Assembly (NCBI RefSeq): GCF_020745735.1 | Contig: NC_083408.1 | Coordinates: forward strand, 8,073,131-8,137,130 | Reading direction: 5' to 3' | From: Hemiscyllium ocellatum | Lineage: Eukaryota | Length of the DNA stretch: 64,000 nt | In this document: piece after piece, positions 62,920 to 64,000 of the stretch | How positions within the stretch are numbered: the first letter of the stretch is position 1 | Layout of the letters: every line of letters begins with the position of its first letter | The notes under the pieces: generated by a model | Told to the model about the DNA's origin: nothing | Databases searched by the model: none | Seen by the model: only the letters and a program-made list of their open reading frames with translations | Made by a program: the position numbers and the translations under genes

Positions 62920-64000
62920 ACTAGACTGGGTGGGATTGAGGTTCACAAGGAAGAGGTGTTAGAAATCCTGAAGAGTGTGAAATAGATAAATACCATGGGC
63001 AGGATTTGATTTTTCCTAGGATCCTCTGTGAAGCCATCGATGAGATTACCGAGCCTCTTGAAAGAACTCTAAATCGCCATTCTCTACAAGAATTGTGCCA
63101 GAAGACTGAAGAGTAGCAAATGTGGGTTCATTGTTCAAGAATGGGAGTCGAGATAACCCTGGTAATTTTCGACCAGTGAGCCTTACTTCAGTCGTTGGTA
63201 AAGTGTTGGAAAAGTTATAAGAGATAGGATGTAAAATAATCTAAAAAAAAGTATTTTGATTAGGTATAGTCAACGCGGTTTTGTAAACTGTAGGTCGTGC
63301 GTCAAAACCACATCAAATTCTTTGCGAAGGTGACCAAACATGTAGATGAGAGTAAATCGGTTGATGTGGCATACATAGATTTCAGCAAGGCGTTCGATAA
63401 GGATCCCTACAGTAGGCTGTTGTTCAAAATGCGGACGAATGGGATTGTGGGAGATATAGCAGATTTGATCAGTAATTGGCTTGCTGCAAGATGACAGAGT
63501 GTGGTGGTTGATGAGAAATGTTCATCCTAGAGTCCAGTCATTAGTAGTGTATCGCAAGGATCGGTGTTGGGTCCACTGCTGTTCGTCATTTTTGTGAACG
63601 ATATGGATGGGAGCGTAGAGGGGTGGGTAAATTTGCAGACGACACTAACGTTGGTGCAGTTGTGGATAGTGACGAAGGATGTTATAGGTTACAGAGAGAC
63701 ACAGATAAACTGCAGAGCTGGGCTGAGAGGTGGAAAATAGAGTTTCATAAGAACAAGTGTGAGGTGATTCACTTTGGTCTGATTAACTGCAATACAAAGT
63801 ACAGGGCTTTTGGTAAGTTTCTTTTGTGTAGATGAGCAGAGAGATTTCGTTGTCCATGTATACAGATCTTTGAAATTTGGCGCCCAGGTTGACAGTGTTG
63901 TGAAGAAGGCATACACTGTTTTAGCTTTTATTCATAGAGGGGTCATGTTCCGGAACCAAGAGGTTATGCTGCATCTGTAAAAAACTCTGGTGTGGCCGCA
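62920..64000 (+). mobile_element. CR1 LINE ORF2 RT region, decayed, running off the window end
   Basis: NFRPVSLTSVVGKVLE, YIDFSKAFDK, QGSVLGPLLF, KFADDT, KCEVIHFG, with in-frame stops. Confidence 0.93.

Overview
Repeat-dense vertebrate genomic DNA from a cartilaginous fish. HE1-type SINEs, CR1/HER1-type LINEs and shark-type Penelope elements point to a shark, plausibly a carpet shark; the species is not determinable here. Left to right: (i) a decayed C2H2 zinc-finger gene on the minus strand (1-670); (ii) about 22 kb of C/A-rich satellite, with a 34-bp unit at 905-7860 (higher-order repeats, internal 2.8-kb inversion) followed by a 31-bp unit at 7860-23215; (iii) the only intact protein-coding gene, a two-exon GPR139/GPR142-like class A GPCR on the minus strand (exon 1 48857-48719, exon 2 24541-23628, 350 aa, 24.2-kb phase-1 intron); (iv) intronic and upstream DNA packed with CR1 LINE fragments, HE1 SINEs, two decayed Gmr1-like Gypsy LTR elements, several minisatellites (31, 65, 23 and about 42 bp), and many Penelope-like elements (PLEs). 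The PLEs are arranged as inverted repeats and carry minimal hammerhead-ribozyme motifs; they range from a near full-length RT+GIY-YIG copy through a 3-kb palindrome to about 200-bp hairpin mini-elements with target-site duplications. The many His/Thr/Pro/Ser-rich ORFs over 900-23200 are satellite artefacts. All family assignments are by eye, without database searches; boundaries of decayed repeats are approximate.
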